Assembly: GCA_002269645.1 (NCBI GenBank)
Contig: NIVC01003694.1
Location: 1 to 64,000 of the forward strand
Length of the DNA stretch: 64,000 nucleotides
Direction of reading: 5' to 3'
DNA from: Macrostomum lignano
Taxonomy: Eukaryota
Shown here: piece by piece, positions 63,600 through 64,000 of the stretch
Layout of the letters: the number at the start of each line of letters is the position of its first letter
How positions within the stretch are numbered: position 1 is the first letter of the stretch
Program-made: the position numbers and the translations under genes
Notes under the pieces: generated by a model
Told to the model about the DNA's origin: nothing
The model's input: the letters and a program-made list of their open reading frames with translations, nothing else
Database searches by the model: none

Positions 63600-64000
63600 T
63601 TTCAAGCTTCGTTTGTGAAGTATACGCTTGTAATTCAAGATTTTAAAGTAATCTTCGGGCTTGTGAAGTTTCGAGTTTTTGAAGTACGCTCGTATCTTGA
63701 GATTTTGAAGTACTTGTAATTTTCGGGCTTGTGAAGTTTCGAGCTTGTGAAGGTTCGAGTTTTTAAGTTTCGAGCTTGTGATGTTTCGAGCTTGTGTAGC
63801 TTCGAGTCTGTGAAGTTTCGAGCTTGTGTAGCTTCGAGCTTGTGTAGCTTCGAGCTTGTGTAGCTTCGAGCTTGTGTAGCTTCGAGCTTGTGTAGCTTCG
63901 AGCTTGTGTAGCTTCGAGCTTGTGTAGCTTCGAGTCTGTGAAGTTTCGAGCTTGTGTAGCTTCGAGCTTGTGTAGCTTCGAGCTTGTGTAGCTTCGAGCT
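63600..64000. repeat. 16-bp minisatellite GCTTCGAGCTTGTGTA, runs off the window end
   Basis: Tandem units read directly. Confidence 0.95.

Overview
Eukaryotic (metazoan invertebrate) nuclear DNA read with the standard code and GT-AG introns. Compact GC-richer exons separated by introns and spacers full of tandem repeats suggest a flatworm such as Macrostomum; this is inference, not shown by the sequence. Genes reconstructed by hand: KLHL20/diablo (+, 5 coding exons, one 1-nt frameshift), Endonuclease G (+, 2 exons), a rhodopsin-family neuropeptide GPCR (+, 3 exons), TBCA (-, single exon), COG3 (-, 11 coding exons), a RING-CH ORF (-), LamG-like and SAM-like exons (+), and a divergent TRPV-like channel (-, 2 exons). 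Mobile DNA: a dead mariner, a degenerate Ty3/gypsy pol fragment, a young complete non-coding LTR element (289-bp LTRs, PBS, PPT, 4-bp TSD), two tRNA-headed CORE-like SINEs and two MITEs. One MITE carries a 64-nt 28S rRNA fragment spanning helix 69 and the R2/Pokey/I-PpoI target, with the cut site replaced by a palindrome. Over 30 mini/microsatellite arrays fill most introns and spacers; one 28-bp family occurs at four loci, always on the sense strand of the host gene. Most long ORFs in the track are repeat translations. No CRISPR array or prokaryotic system is present.
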